Positions 37,752 through 50,534 of a stretch of DNA of 62,476 bases are shown here, one piece after another. Each line of letters starts with the position of its first letter. Positions within the stretch are counted from its first letter, which is position 1. The notes below the pieces were generated by a model. That model was not told the DNA's origin. It was given only the letters and a program-made list of their open reading frames with translations, and did no database searches. The translations under genes and the position numbers were made by a program. This stretch comes from Cyanophora paradoxa CCMP329 (lineage: Eukaryota; Plantae; Glaucophyta). The stretch is from contig QPMI01000696.1 in assembly GCA_004431415.1 (NCBI GenBank), positions 1 through 62,476 on the forward strand. The letters are read 5' to 3'.

Positions 37752-40700
37752 ATGGGCCCGAACAAGGGAGGAGGAGCCAAAGCGCGTGCTCTTAAGAAGG
37801 CAACGCGCGATGCGAAGAAGGGCGGCGGGCCCGCGCGCGAGCCGGATGCAGGTGAGCCTGTACGAAGCGCGTGGAGCGCTGCGAGGCATGCGCCCGTTCC
37901 GCTCGTCAGATCTGACCGCTCGGGCCCGCTCACCAGGTGGCGGCCGTGGAGGGCGCGGGGGGCGAGGGCGCGGGCGCGGCAGCGGTCGAGGGCGCGGCGG
38001 CGGCGGGCGCGGCGGCGGCTCGAGAGGGGCCGCGGAGGTGGCCGCGGCGCGGGAGGCGATCGGGGCGGCTTCGGCGGAGGCCGCGGTGCCGGCGCGGATC
38101 CATTCGCGGGCGGGAGCTCGCGGCTTCGCGGAACGGACTTCCTTCCATCTGCAGCAGTCATTGCGAAGCCGGGGAAGGACAGCAAGCTGCACAGGGTGCG
38201 CCGGGCGCCTCCCATTCCGCTCGCGTCGCCGGCGCCGCTGACCGCGCCGCGGGGCGCCAGGTTACGATGTCGGATTCGAACCAGCGGATGATCGAGGAGC
38301 TGCTGCTGAAGCTGAACGGCGGCACGGTGCCGCCGGCGGTGGCGGAGGCGCAGGCGGCGCGGCCGCGCGCCGCCGGGCGCGGGGCCTTCATCGCGCAGCG
38401 GGCCGCCCCGGGGCCGCCAGCGGCGCCCGTGGCGCCGCACTACGCCACCCCGCCCTCCGGAGACGTGGAGGAGGACGATTTCTGGGGCGAGGAGGATGGG
38501 GAGGGAGAGGGGGAGGAGGGGGAAGAGGAGTGGGACGAGGAGGGCGAGGGCGAGGAGGGCGAGGAGGGCGAGGAGGAGGATGAGGAAGATGACGAGGAGT
38601 ACGACGAGGAAGAGGACGAGGAGGACGAGGACGGCGAGGAGGGGTACGAAGAAGGGGAGGGGGAGGGGGAGGAGGGGTACGTGGACGGGGTGGCGGGGCC
38701 GGTGGAGGAGGAGCGGGCGGAGGAGATGCCGGCGGACGCCCTCTACGACCTCCTCTCCGGAATGGTGCCGTACCCCCCTTCCATCCCACCTTCCTCTCCT
38801 CCCAGCGAGCGGACGGTTACCCCCCTCGGCAGGGCTTCCCGGCGGAGCTGGTGGCGGAGGCGCTGGAGGAGGCGGGGCGGCGGGCCGGCGGCCGCGCCCT
38901 CCTCGAGACGGCCCTCGACTACCTGTGCGCACCCGCCCCGCCCCGGCCGGGCCCTGCCGTGCGGGCGGGGCCCGATGCATGCGGGGCGGCAGGGAGCGCC
39001 GCGTGAAGGAGCTCGAGGCGGCCCGCCCCGCCCAGCCCGCCCCCGCCTCCTCCTCGTCCTCGTCCGCCCACGCCGCCCACGCCGCCCACGCCGCCCCGGC
39101 CCCCGGCGTCGACGACAAGGCGGTGCGCCCTCTGCTTCGTCCCCGATCGGACCGGCGCCCCGCCCGCGCGCTGCCGGCCGGTGTCGAGGCGGGCGGGCGG
39201 GCGGGGCGGGCAGGTGGAGAGGATGGGCCGGTTCGGGTTCAGGCGGGCGGAGTGCGCGGCGGCGCTCGCGGCCTGCGGCGGCGACGACGACGCCGCCCTC
39301 GAGGGCCTCGCCCGCAGGTGCCCCGCTGGCGGCCCTCGCCCGCCCGCTCGCTCGCGGCCCGCGGGGCCGCCGCTCAAGCGGGGCCGCCGCGCAGCCTGGC
39401 GGCGGCGTCGCTGGCGGGGCCGTGGGCCCTCCCGCCGGGCCTCGCGGAGGCAGAGGCGGCCGCCGAGCGCGCCGACGAGTGCACCGCCCTCGAGGTCAGT
39501 TTCCCGCCGCCCCCCGCCGCCCCGCCCGCCCCCGCCTTCTCCGCTCAGCCGACCCGGCCGCGCCCCGCAGTCGATGTTCGGCCCCGACTTCTCCTCCAAC
39601 GCCGACGGCACCCGCCTCTGCATCAAATTCGGTGCGCCGCCCCGCCCGCCCCCCGCCCCCGCCCCGCCCTTTGTGACGGGACGGACGGGCGCGGCAGATC
39701 ACGACGCTGTACGAGGCGCTGCAGGCGAACCGGCGGCTCCCGGCCGACCGCTTCCTCATCCTGCCCCTCCACTCCACATTCTCCTCCGCCGAGCAGCAGA
39801 AGATCTTCGACCGCCCGCCCCCAGGTCCGCCCCTGTTCCGGGCCCCCGCTCGCATACGTAGCGGGGAGATCCAGAGCGTTTGATGGGCGCGCGAGCTTAG
39901 ACCTACCGCGTCTCTTCCCCCCCGCGTCTCGCGTTCCCGCCTCCCCCGCTCTGCGCGGCGCGGCTGGCGGGCGACGGGGGCGGCAGGGGTACGCAAGATC
40001 GTGATCGCGACGAACATCGCGGAGACGTCGATCACGATCGACGACGTCGTCTTCGTCATCGACAGCGGGCGCATGAAGGAGAACCAGTACGACCCCGCCA
40101 ACAACATGTCCGCCCTCGTCGAGGCGCGCGTACTCGCCCCCCGCCGCCCCCGCACGCCCCCCGCCCGGCCCGAGCCGGTTCTTCAGACGTGGATCCCGCG
40201 GGCCTCGGCGCGGCAGCGGCGGGGGCGGGCGGGGCGCGTGCAGGCCGGCCACTGGTGCGGCCCGCTGGGCCCGGCCCCGCCGCCCCGCTCCGCATCGAGG
40301 CCGCGCGCTCACCTCTCCACCTCAGCTTCTACCTCTTCACGCGGCACCGGCACGCCCAGATGGCGGACTACCAGGTGCCCGCCGCCCGCCCCGCTACAGC
40401 TACAGCTGCCACCCGAAGCAGCGCCGCCCGCCCCCGCCCACCCGCGCCCGGCGGCAGCTGCCGGAGATGGCGCGGGTGCCGCTAGAGGAGCTCTGCCTCC
40501 AGATCCGCCTCCTCGACCTCGGCTCCGTCCAGGCCCGCCCCGCCCGCCCCGCCCCGCCCCCGCCCCGCCCCGCCGGGCGCGAGGCGGGGCCGGGACGCAG
40601 GAGTTCCTGGCGAAGGCGGTGGAGCCGCCCCCGCCGGCCGCCGTCCAGCGCGCCCTCCGCACCCTCATCGAGGCCCGCACCGCCCGCCCGCCGCCGGTCG

Positions 40701-41925
40701 GTCGCGCCTGAGGCGGGGCGGGGCCGGCGCGGGCAGGTGGACGCGCTGCGGGACGAGGGGGCGCAGGAGCTGACGCCGCTGGGCGTGCACCTCGCGGCGC
40801 TCCCCGTCGACGTCCGCATCGGCAAGATGCTCATCTACGGCGCCGTGCCCCGCCCCGCCCCACCCGCCCCGGCCCCGCCCGCCCGAGGCGCCGGGGATCG
40901 AGTCCGCCCCGGGCGGCAGGTGTTCGACTGCCTGGACCCCGTGCTGACGATCGCGGCGGGGATGGCCTTCCGCTCGCCCTTCGTCTCGCCCATCGAGGCC
41001 CGCGAGGAGGCCGACCGCGCCCGCCGCGCCCTCGCCACCGGCTGCTCCGACCACCTCACCCTCGTCCGCGCCTACGACGGCTGGATCACCGCCCGCCGCG
41101 AGGCGCGCCCACCCCTCCCCGCGCCCCGCGCCCCTCGGCAAAGGGGCCCCCCCGCCCCGCCCCCCCGCCCCCCCTCCTCGCTCTGAGCCGGGGCGCGGGG
41201 GCCTCGGCAGGGGGGGCGGGACCGGGAGCGCCAGTACGTGCGCGACAACTTCCTCTCGCCCAACACCCTCCGCATGATCTCCGACATGCGGTGCCCGCCC
41301 CCGGCCCCGCGAGCGTCTCCAGGCGCTGACCGCCGCCGCCGGCGGGGCGCCTCAGGCGGCAGTTCCGCGAGCTGCTGGCCGAGATCGGCTTCCTCCGCCG
41401 CGGCGGCCGCGGTCGCCGGTGCGCCCCGCCGCCCCGCCCCGCCCCGTCGGTTCCTTCGCTGACGCCGGCCAAGGGCCCCGCGGCGGCCTCGGGGGACGGC
41501 GAGGCGGGGGACGGTCTGCTGGGCGCCGAGGACGGTCCGCGCCCCCCGCCCCGCCCCGCCCCGCGCCCCTCCGCCCTCCAACGCGGCGGGGCGGGGCGGG
41601 GCGGGCGGCAGGCGGCGTGGACGACGTGCTGGGCGATGAGGAGGCCCCCGAGGCCGACGCCGCCTCCTCCGCCGCCTCCGCCGCCGCCGCCTCCAACGCC
41701 AACGCCGCCAATGCGCGCCCGCCCGCCCGCCCGCTCCCCTGCCCGCCCGGCGGCCTCTGAGGCGGGCCGGGGCGGGGCCGGGCGGCGGCGCGCAGGAGCG
41801 GATGATCAAGGCGGTGCTGGTGGCGGGCCTCTTCCCCAACGTCCTCCGCGTCGAGCCTCAGACCGGCCTCCAGGCCCGGCCCCCGCCCCCGGGCTCCAAC
41901 CAGCGCTGGCAAGGGCGCGCCCCCG

Positions 41926-41959
<34 letters not shown>

Positions 41960-42811
41960 CCCCGCAGCTCGAGCCGGGCGCAGGCCGTTCGTGCTCAAGG
42001 ACCGGGAGGGGAACGTCGCCCTGCACCCCTCCAGCGTCAACTACGGCGTCGAGAAGGCGCGCGCGGCTCGGCCCCGGCAGCCGTGCCCCTCCGGGCCTCT
42101 GACGGGGGCGGGGCGGGGCGGGGCAGGGCGTGGACGGCAAGTGGGCCGTATTCCAGCAGAAGGTCAAGACCTCCCAGGTGCGCCCCGGCCACTGAGAGAG
42201 AGTGCCCCGCAGTCGGTCCTAGATCTTTGTTGCGAATCCCAGCCGAGAAGCCCCGGGAAGCGAGCCCATCATCTATCTCTCTAGTATCCAGCCATGCACC
42301 TTAGCAGACGCTCGAGCCTCTAGTAAAGCTGAGGCAAAGACGCGGGGGCCGGGGCCGACGCCGACGGGGCGGGGCGGGGCGGGTCTGGGGCAGGTCTTCG
42401 TGCGGGACCTGACGGCGGTGAGCCCGTACGCGCTGCTCCTCTTCGGTGGCAAAGTCGCCGTCCGCGGCGGCTCCGGCGCCGCCGTCCCCGTCGAGATCGA
42501 CGGCTGGATCCGGTCCGCCCGCCCCCGCCCGCCCCCCCGCCGGCTGGAGGGTCGCGCCCGAGGCGAGCGGGGCGGGGCGGCAGGTTCGAGATGGAGCGGG
42601 GGGTGGCGGTGCTGGTCCGCGAGCTGCGCGCCCGCCTCGACGCCCTCCTCGCCGACAAGGCCCGCCCCTCCGCCCCGCGCCCCGCTCGCGCCGCGCCGAC
42701 GGGCGGGGCGGGGCGTGGGGGCAGATCGCGCGGCCGGGGATGGACGTGGCCGCGACGCCGGCGGCCCGCGAGGTCGCCCGCGCCATCGTCCGCCTCCTCT
42801 CCACCGAGTGA
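37752..42811 (+). CDS. DEAH-box RNA helicase (DHX57/DHX29-like); RecA1 domain missing from this sequence
   Basis: RG-rich and acidic N-terminus; UBA-like VERMGRFGF...[15 protein letters not shown]; ILPLHS; [22 protein letters not shown]; [12 protein letters not shown]; HA2 (LTPLG.HLA.LPVD..IGKML); C-terminal OB region (LHPSSVN). Confidence 0.85.
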
Positions 42812-44105
42812 GGCCCCCGGCCCCCGCCCGTGCCCCTCGAGCTCTATCCCCTCGTTGGCCCCGCTCAGGCCCCCGGCCTCTCTTCGAATTCCCCGTTATT
42901 TTTGCCTGACCTTCGGGTCGTCTCCCTGTATCCCGTCCGACGGTCGCCGTCCGGTCCTGCGGGCCACCTCATGACCAGTAGACGCCCATGACTATAACTC
43001 ATGATCAGCAGCTTGTGCCAGCCTGTAGCTAGCGCCATGACTACGCCCTTCTTCCAAGACTCTGCTGCTCCGGCCTGCGCACCAGGCGCAGCGCGAGCTC
43101 GAGAGCGTGCGATTTTGCAACTCGATGTAAATAGCTATGGCGATCTTAAAATTAGCTCAGCTCACTTCACGCGTGCACTACAGCACTTGGAAACGGCCAG
43201 GGGCCCCATAATAAGTGTTCTCATCGCAGCCTGTTGATAGCAGATGGCCGCGGTGGCGTTGCTGTATTCTAAATAAGATCGGGCTCTCGAGCTTTAATGA
43301 TCATGATATTGCGCTAGCGCGCGCAGGCGCATGCTCATGCGCCAGCGCGCGCAAGCAGTCGACGCGGCCGCAGACTCGGGGCCTTTCTTCGGATTTCCGA
43401 GGTGGCGGCGCTGCGGGTCGGCGACGTAATGCCGACCATTTCATCCGGGGACCCTTCGAAATTCCGGTGCCCGTCGCCCACTCCAAGGCCGATGTCGACC
43501 AGCTGCAGGCGCGGCACGGCGAACACTTTAAAATTTTCTCGTCGCCTGGGCCGGGCGGCGACATCGTGGTTTTTATTTTGGATCTGAAGCTACTACATTC
43601 AGCAACGTTAACAGATCTAGAAAAGCGAACAAAATATTATTAGAACTGCTGCAATTATGAGAGAGCGAGCAGAGCGGCGGCGAGGGTCGCGAGCGCGTTG
43701 CAGCAGGCTTGGAGCAGCGTCGATCCCTGCGCATACAGGCGCTGCAGCTCAGCGACTGACAGCGAGCGTCCAATGCATTAAAGACTTCACGAATCCGAAA
43801 CCTGAATCCGGAGCGCACCAAGTAGCTATAGGTCGCAGATCCAGTCAAAAGCGGGATACTTCCGACCCCGGAGCCCGAATCGGTCCATCTGAAAGACTAA
43901 CCAAGGCGCACGAGAAGGTTAGACGCTGATTGGAGGTCAGAGTTCGGGAAACCCACACACGTTTTCCAGTTCGAGCGGCGCGAAACGCGGTGGGGTTTCT
44001 GTGCTCTGGATCTTCAAGTTGTACTAATATCGCGTTTCAGAATGCATCGAGACAAAAAAGAGCTTAGTCTCGGCTCACGCTTTTGTTGGAAGTGAACTGA
44101 AGTAG

Positions 44106-44390
44106 CACACATAGTAAAATGCGGAGTTTTAACCCTCGGCTTATCTTAATTGATTTTGTTGATATATCTCGTATATTCTATTTCAATCAATCGATAATCT
44201 GTGTATATCTTATCGAATATTCAATTATTTCGATTATTTTGTATTCTTTTTGATATTTTATCGTAAATTTCTCTTATTTTCCGATTAGTCTTACTGAGTT
44301 AATCGATAATCTGTATATATTTCCGAATAATATAACTGAATCTCAATTAGATCTTGCCTCTGGTTAAAACTCCGCATTTTACTATGTGTG
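44106..44390. repeat. Perfect 29-bp inverted repeat at the host/virus boundary
   Basis: cacacatagtaaaatgcggagttttaacc (44106-44134) and its reverse complement (44362-44390). Confidence 0.95.
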
Positions 44391-44631
44391 ATTGGTCTAA
44401 AAGTTAATTGATTTAATCGATATTATATTCATGTACTTTCTCGATTAAATTTAATTAAATTTAATTCATTTAATCGGAAACATATCGCTAAACTCGATTA
44501 AGATCCATAAATGATTCATTTGTTTATATTAACAAATAGATCTCTTATTGAATTCAATCGTAATTATACATGAAACTTATATGATTTTATCATTGTTTTG
44601 TTGAGTCTAAGGGGGGACCCTTAGGAATTTG

Positions 44632-44734
44632 GGTGTCACAGGTGTCACAGGTGTCACAGGTCAATCCCAAGGAAAGTCCTAGTGAGAAATTGATTTTTAA
44701 AATCCACGGGATAGACCTGTGACACCTGTGACAC
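44632..44734. promoter_or_regulatory. Iteron-like palindromic element A (candidate replication origin)
   Basis: 3x GGTGTCACA, an AT-rich core, then 2x inverted TGTGACAC(C). Confidence 0.55.
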
Positions 44735-44986
44735 AAACCATATTCAGTAAGGACCTCATATATTGTGAAAATCTCAGTGTTAGTTGGTGTAGTTGATTCA
44801 AAAAATGCATTTTATACTCTGATTCATTGTTATTTCCTGTGAAATTTGAGTCAACTCAACCCACTTAGTCAACCCTTGCATTGAATTCGTAACAAAATCC
44901 ATATACTATCGATTAATATGAGTCAACCTTGAGGCCACTTTAATTATAGGGGGAATCTTGGGCAGATGCTTATTAGATGCTATTAA

Positions 44987-46372
44987 TTAGCTAGTTTTGG
45001 TCCTTTCTCTTAGTGTTCTTTGAGGTTTAGGGGCTGTATATGACTCCTTAGTAGTCTGAAAGTCATTATACCATCTTTGGCTATTCACTTCTGAAAGTTT
45101 CTGTGTTCCTGCTATAGTGAGCTTTTTGAGTTCCCTGTTAACTTTGCCAGCCTTCTCCTTTCTAGCCTCTATCAAAGGCTTATCTGGGACTTCATTAGCA
45201 GCTTCTATGCCCTCTCTCCTTATAGAAGCATCAACCCTAGCTTCCTCTTTAGCTTGCTCTAAGGCATCCACTGTAGGGGTTTCCAGATACTCAACTGCAT
45301 TCACAGGCAACAGCTCATGGAAAGCAAACCTGTTATCTATGATCTCTCCAGTGGGACTCTTTAGCTTAAACTTAAAGCCTTCTCTACTATCAACAGTGTA
45401 AACCATCCTAGACCAATTGTTACCCTGTTTAGCAAATGGGTTCTTCTCTACTTTCACTCTAACAAACATGCCAGGCTGCATGGTATCAAGATAAGCTATT
45501 GATTTCTTGAATCTTTCATCTTCTAATCCTACTATATACCTATAATGCTCCTCTGTAGTTTCACCTGGCTTCATCTTAGTAGCTGAGTGAACTGTATTAT
45601 TGTAATTAAACTCAATATCACCCAACACATCAAAGAATCTAGCTGTGTTATTAGCTATGCAATAGTTTGTGATCAGTCTCTTAATCTGCTTGTTAAAGGC
45701 TTCAATTCGACCTTGGCTTCTATGGTCAGCAGTTCCACTCACTTGGTGTTCTATGAATTTACTAGATAAATACTCCTGGAATATTCGATTTTGGAATTCA
45801 CTCCCAGCATCTGATTGAACTTTTACTATGGGTCTTGCCACTCTCATTTCAAGCTGTTTAAATGCAGCTAATGTAGTGAGAGCTGATTTATCCCTTATAG
45901 GTATGATATACCCAGTTCTCAGTGTAGATTCCATTGCAGTCATAAAGGTATCATAGCCATTGTTTTGTTTCTTATAAGCTGGGAAAAAGAGCAAATCAAT
46001 CACATAGGTATCAAGGGGTTGCCTAATTGGGACCATGGGATCTCTCTTCCTAGATATAGCAGGTGCATTGATCTGAACAACTTCTTGTTTTTTATAGAAC
46101 TCTTGCAACTGCTTATAGGATTCATCAGGTAACTCAGCCCTCATAGCTTGAAGCCCTTTGTAACCAGTTCTCACATCATAGAATCTCTTGGCAATCTTGC
46201 TGGTTTCTTTCACTGCAATAGCAACTGGGATCTCTACTGGGACAAGCTCTTTCATCTCTGACTTTTTTACAATTCGAGATTCTCCCTTTTCCTCCTTGGG
46301 AACTGTGATAGGCAGTAGGTTACCTTGTAGTTGCTCAGTGGTTCTCCTAACTATTCTTCCAGTTGCTGGCAT
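44987..46372 (-). CDS. Retroviral-type (rve) DDE integrase of the Polinton class
   Basis: YVIDL, QSDAGSEF, SQGRIEAFNKQIK, YNNTVHSATKMKP; intact 461-aa ORF. Confidence 0.92.
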   Translation of the reverse strand: MPATGRIVRRTTEQLQGNLLPITVPKEEKGESRIVKKSEMKELVPVEIPVAIAVKETSKIAKRFYDVRTGYKGLQAMRAELPDESYKQLQEFYKKQEVVQINAPAISRKRDPMVPIRQPLDTYVIDLLFFPAYKKQNNGYDTFMTAMESTLRTGYIIPIRDKSALTTLAAFKQLEMRVARPIVKVQSDAGSEFQNRIFQEYLSSKFIEHQVSGTADHRSQGRIEAFNKQIKRLITNYCIANNTARFFDVLGDIEFNYNNTVHSATKMKPGETTEEHYRYIVGLEDERFKKSIAYLDTMQPGMFVRVKVEKNPFAKQGNNWSRMVYTVDSREGFKFKLKSPTGEIIDNRFAFHELLPVNAVEYLETPTVDALEQAKEEARVDASIRREGIEAANEVPDKPLIEARKEKAGKVNRELKKLTIAGTQKLSEVNSQRWYNDFQTTKESYTAPKPQRTLRERTKTS

Positions 46373-46375
46373 CTC

Positions 46376-49300
46376 TTAATTAAAAGGAACAGAATTAATA
46401 CCATCTGGTAAGATGTATCTCTTTGCATCAAAGCAGTTTAGGGCAACCCTTCTACTCACAGTGTCTATTATTGTGTGATCTGCCCTTCTTTTCTGCTTTG
46501 CAGTCACAGTCTTGCTGATACCTGCAAATAAACACTGTTTAAAATCATTAAATTGGAGTTCCTCAGTTGAAGTCCCAGAGAGCTTACTCCTCTCAATCTC
46601 AGCAGTTCTGAAACTGTAAACTTTAGCTCTCAGACCCACATACTCCAATATAGCAGAGCCAGGCATTTCATTTTTGTATTTACCTGGGGTCATTCTGGAA
46701 TCACCTCCAAGGTCTAATGCATAGGATATATTCTCTATATCTTTTTGTAGGGTCTTAGATTCGATATATAGACAAAAGGAATCAGTATCATGGAACAGTA
46801 ATTTGGCTTTGGACCATTGGGACCTTATAGTATCATAGAAGAACTGGTAATTATGCAGTTTGGCTGCATCCAAAACATAAGCCCCAATTGCAACAGGCTT
46901 ATCTAGTTTCACATGTTTTGTGTAAAACTCAAAGGCAACTGCCCTTTCACTTATGGGACTTGTTGATTTCACCAATGGGGAAGCTGCATATTTCATAAAT
47001 AGCTTCTCAGTGTTGGCAATCTTAACCACAGATCGACCTCTACATGATTCAATGCATTTCCCATAGATTGAATTATTCATGAGCTTATAGAAATCAGCCT
47101 CGAATTTATTCACTGCTTTCCTTCTCATATCAGTATTCAGCTCAATGTAGGGTTTCATTACAGGAGCCACAGTAAATGATAGGACCCTGTGAACCTTCTT
47201 TAGTTTCACACCTTTAGCTAACATGTATTGTAGAAGAGGCTCAGAAACTACATAGTTGGTCACAGAACCAAAGGTTGCAGTTAGCTTAGGGGTTTTATCA
47301 AGCTCTTCTCCTGAGAGATCCAATAGGCTTTTTTGATATTGTGATAATTCGGCATATTCTACTATTTTCTTGTTAATAATTAGAGGGAAATCACTGTGAT
47401 CTAGAAACAGCCTAATTGGGTAATCCAGATCAACTTCTAGGAAACTGGATCTGTTATCTTGTGGGTTGAATTCGGTCTCCATCTAAAATCACCAACTGGG
47501 ATTGGCTGACTCAAACAGTAGCCATACAAGTTGTTAGCATCAAACAGCATAATATGGGAGTTCTCACCATCAGCCTCAGCATACCTACAAGGCATTGTTG
47601 CAAACCCACCCCTGATTCCCTCTCAACAAATTCGTATTGCTCTACATCACTTATAAGCTCTATTTTTGCCTTGGTGGTCCTTAACATAGCATCCCAAGAT
47701 AGCCCAGGTGCAGATACATAATGAACTGGGTCAAGTCCATATACTGAGTGTGAAAGCCTTCTAAAAGCCTGGAATTTGTTCATTAACTCAGTCACATCAG
47801 CAGCTCCGAAATCCATGAAATTGCTTGCATCAATGAACTTGTAAAGACCCCATTGCAATGAAAGGTATTGATCAAAGTTTTTCGAAAGGATTTCGATTCG
47901 CTTTTTATCACCCATGCCTGCTATTTTTCTGAAAATGAATGTCCCACAGTCATCCATTTGGTCAACAACCACTGCAACTTTGGTTTGCTTTGAGATTCTC
48001 CTATGGAGATTGCAGTTTCTGCATGCAGGAGCAATATAATTGCCTGTGTGATGATCATGATCCCTGCATTTGAAGTTCTCTTTGGTGAACCTCTCACTGC
48101 AAAGGTAACAGTGTTTAGTAGCCTTGTAAATTGCTTTCTGCTCATCTGTGAGTTCATTCATGGGAATATTGGTAAACAGGAAATCGATCAGCTCTCTTGC
48201 TTTGGATTCCAAGCATTCAAACAGATCTCCCATTGGATCCTGCCCCTCAAATCGAAAATCTTGAACATCTGCCCCAGTGACTATTCTAAGGTTGACTGCT
48301 GAAACTTCCCTCTTGGATTTCGATGCATCAATGGGGATGCTTCTATGTTCAATCTTGCAGTAGACCACAACAGGAAGCCAAACAGTTTTCCTAAGGTTTT
48401 TGAGTCCAAACTCTATGGTGGTCTCAGGTTTAGGGGTGATTCCCTTTGAGAGTCTCCAATCAATGCATCTGTTTGAGTCCACATGAGCAGTGAGTTTAGC
48501 CTCAGACCTGAATCGAGATAAGCATGTGTCACAGTAGTGTAACTTTTGATCCTTGGTTTTATCAAGGGCAACTCTGAGAAGTCTTGAAAGGGACATGATA
48601 GTAATATAGTGACCATTCCCTTCATCATCATGAATGAGCATGAGATTAATCTTTTGCTTTCTGCCTGGGTTGCTGGATTGATGCAGGGGATAAATAACCT
48701 CTCCATCGATTCCAAATATATTAATGCTAATGCCTGCATTTTGAGCCTCGAATTTATCAATTATTTCAGCATCACAGGCAACAGGGAATGGGATATTGTC
48801 GAAATTGAGAGCCAAAGGATTGTATGTGGTTGGTGAGTATTTCCATTTGCGATATTGTGTAAGCTCACTTCTCTTGTGGGAATTTACATCTTTCCTATGG
48901 ATCCATGCCAAAATGGCATTTTCAAAGCAAGAATCATCAATATTTCGAATATTCACTGTGGCTCTCTTGGCTGCAATTGATTCTGGTGTTTTAACATAGC
49001 AGCCACCAGTTGGAGCATAACTCATAATAGCTACTCTGAGCATTTCGATTCTCTCAAGTCGATAGCTATCAACCACATTCATCTGCTCCTGACACATTTG
49101 GGCTGCTTTATTCAGCTCAGTTCGAATATTTCTCGATTTAGTTAATACAAAATAATCGCTGTAAATGTATTTCGATATCCAAACCTGCGGATTGCTGACT
49201 TTAACGAACTTGCAGATAAACGATAAGCGAACCTTTATTGCCCTGAATTGATCCAGACTATCCCTTAAACGTTTTGGTAGAGAGGTTGCAATTCTATCTA

Positions 49301-49619
49301 AATATTCAATCACATCTACAACAACTTCCCTTCTGGCTCTGTATGTGAGCCAGCGATATAATTCATTCATGGCTGTGCCATCTTCTGCCTCTGGTTCTAT
49401 TTGCCTCAGGCGATCGAGTTCATCAAGAGTTTCAACTTTATCATAGAGGTTATTGGCTTTTCTGGTTAATTTTGCTAAAGTGGGTCTGCCCCTTGAAATA
49501 AATCCGATTTCCCGGTCATATTCAGCCTCTGTGATTTCATGGGCTGCATACAGTGTTCCCAGTAATCCCATAAGTTCCCATTTCTTCTCTCTAATGAGTC
49601 TGTTGCTAATTCGGGGCAT
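46376..49619 (-). CDS. polB: Protein-primed family B DNA polymerase, split by two 1-nt frameshifts near 47620 and 47480
   Basis: Restoring one G in each of two G runs gives ERGIRGG...FDANNLYG (motif A). Also KLMNNSIYGK (B), HDTDS (C), YVGLRAKVY, YGLDPVHYVSAPGLSWDAML. Confidence 0.92.
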
Positions 49620-49730
49620 AGTTCCTAACTTGTTCCTACTAAAAGGGGAGGTTTTAAATGGGGATATTCCGAACGCAAAAATTTGATGAAAACTACTTAA
49701 AGAAATATCTTCTATATATATAAAAGGACA

Positions 49731-50534
49731 ATGGCAGAGAACAAAGCAACATCTTCTCTGGAACGCTTGAAGGCTACATTAATGTTTCTTTGTGGATCTA
49801 ATAACTTTAAAGACTTTGTCGCTTTGGGGAGAAGCAAATATATGAACTCTTTGTATTTGAAACTTGCAAAGTATGATTTGACTCACGAAAGCCTTCCTCC
49901 ACACTCAAACAGCTGTGCTTGCAAGCATCATATTGAAGAACAATGCTACATCTTGCATGTGGATAAAAAGATTGTGGTTCTTGTTGGCAACTGCTGCATT
50001 AAACGATTTATGCCAAATGGTGCAAGGAGGGAAGATATATGCAAGAAATGCGGAGATCGACATAAAAACCGTAAGGATAATTTCTGCAATAAGTGCAGGA
50101 TTATCATAAAGGAGGAGGAATTGGAAAGAAAAAAGCAAATCCAGAAAGAAGCAGAGGAGCGAAAGAAACAACTTGAATTAGAAGAAAGAGAGCGAAGGCA
50201 GAGAGAATTAGAACAAGAAAGAGCAAGGAATAGACATGCAGTTAATCTTTTCCTGATTTGGTGCAACCAGTTCATTCCAAAAATGGATAATCTTCGCAGA
50301 GATGATATAGAGAGGTTCAGAGAGGGTAGATCTGCATTGATTGAAATGTATGCAGAACTCAGTACAACAAACACATTGGTTGCTGGGTTTCAGGTGCCTT
50401 TTCTTAAAAAAGATATCGCAAAAGGATTAGATTGCAGATGGAATAAGGACAAGAAAACATGGGAGACCTTGGAAATCGAACCATTTGTAGCATTGCTTTC
50501 GAAGCAGCTTTCGAAGAAAGATCCAAAACATTGA
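49731..50534 (+). CDS. Cys-rich viral protein with coiled coil and C-terminal DUF5710-like motif
   Basis: CACKH...VGNCCIKRF...CKKC...CNKC; E/K/R-rich coil; VPFLKKDIAKGLDCRWNKDKKTW. Confidence 0.6.
   Translation: MAENKATSSLERLKATLMFLCGSNNFKDFVALGRSKYMNSLYLKLAKYDLTHESLPPHSNSCACKHHIEEQCYILHVDKKIVVLVGNCCIKRFMPNGARREDICKKCGDRHKNRKDNFCNKCRIIIKEEELERKKQIQKEAEERKKQLELEERERRQRELEQERARNRHAVNLFLIWCNQFIPKMDNLRRDDIERFREGRSALIEMYAELSTTNTLVAGFQVPFLKKDIAKGLDCRWNKDKKTWETLEIEPFVALLSKQLSKKDPKH

Noticed and set aside
43215-44100. 142-aa ORF, or a host gene interrupted by the virus
   Set aside because: No recognisable motifs in any frame and no support for a disrupted gene.
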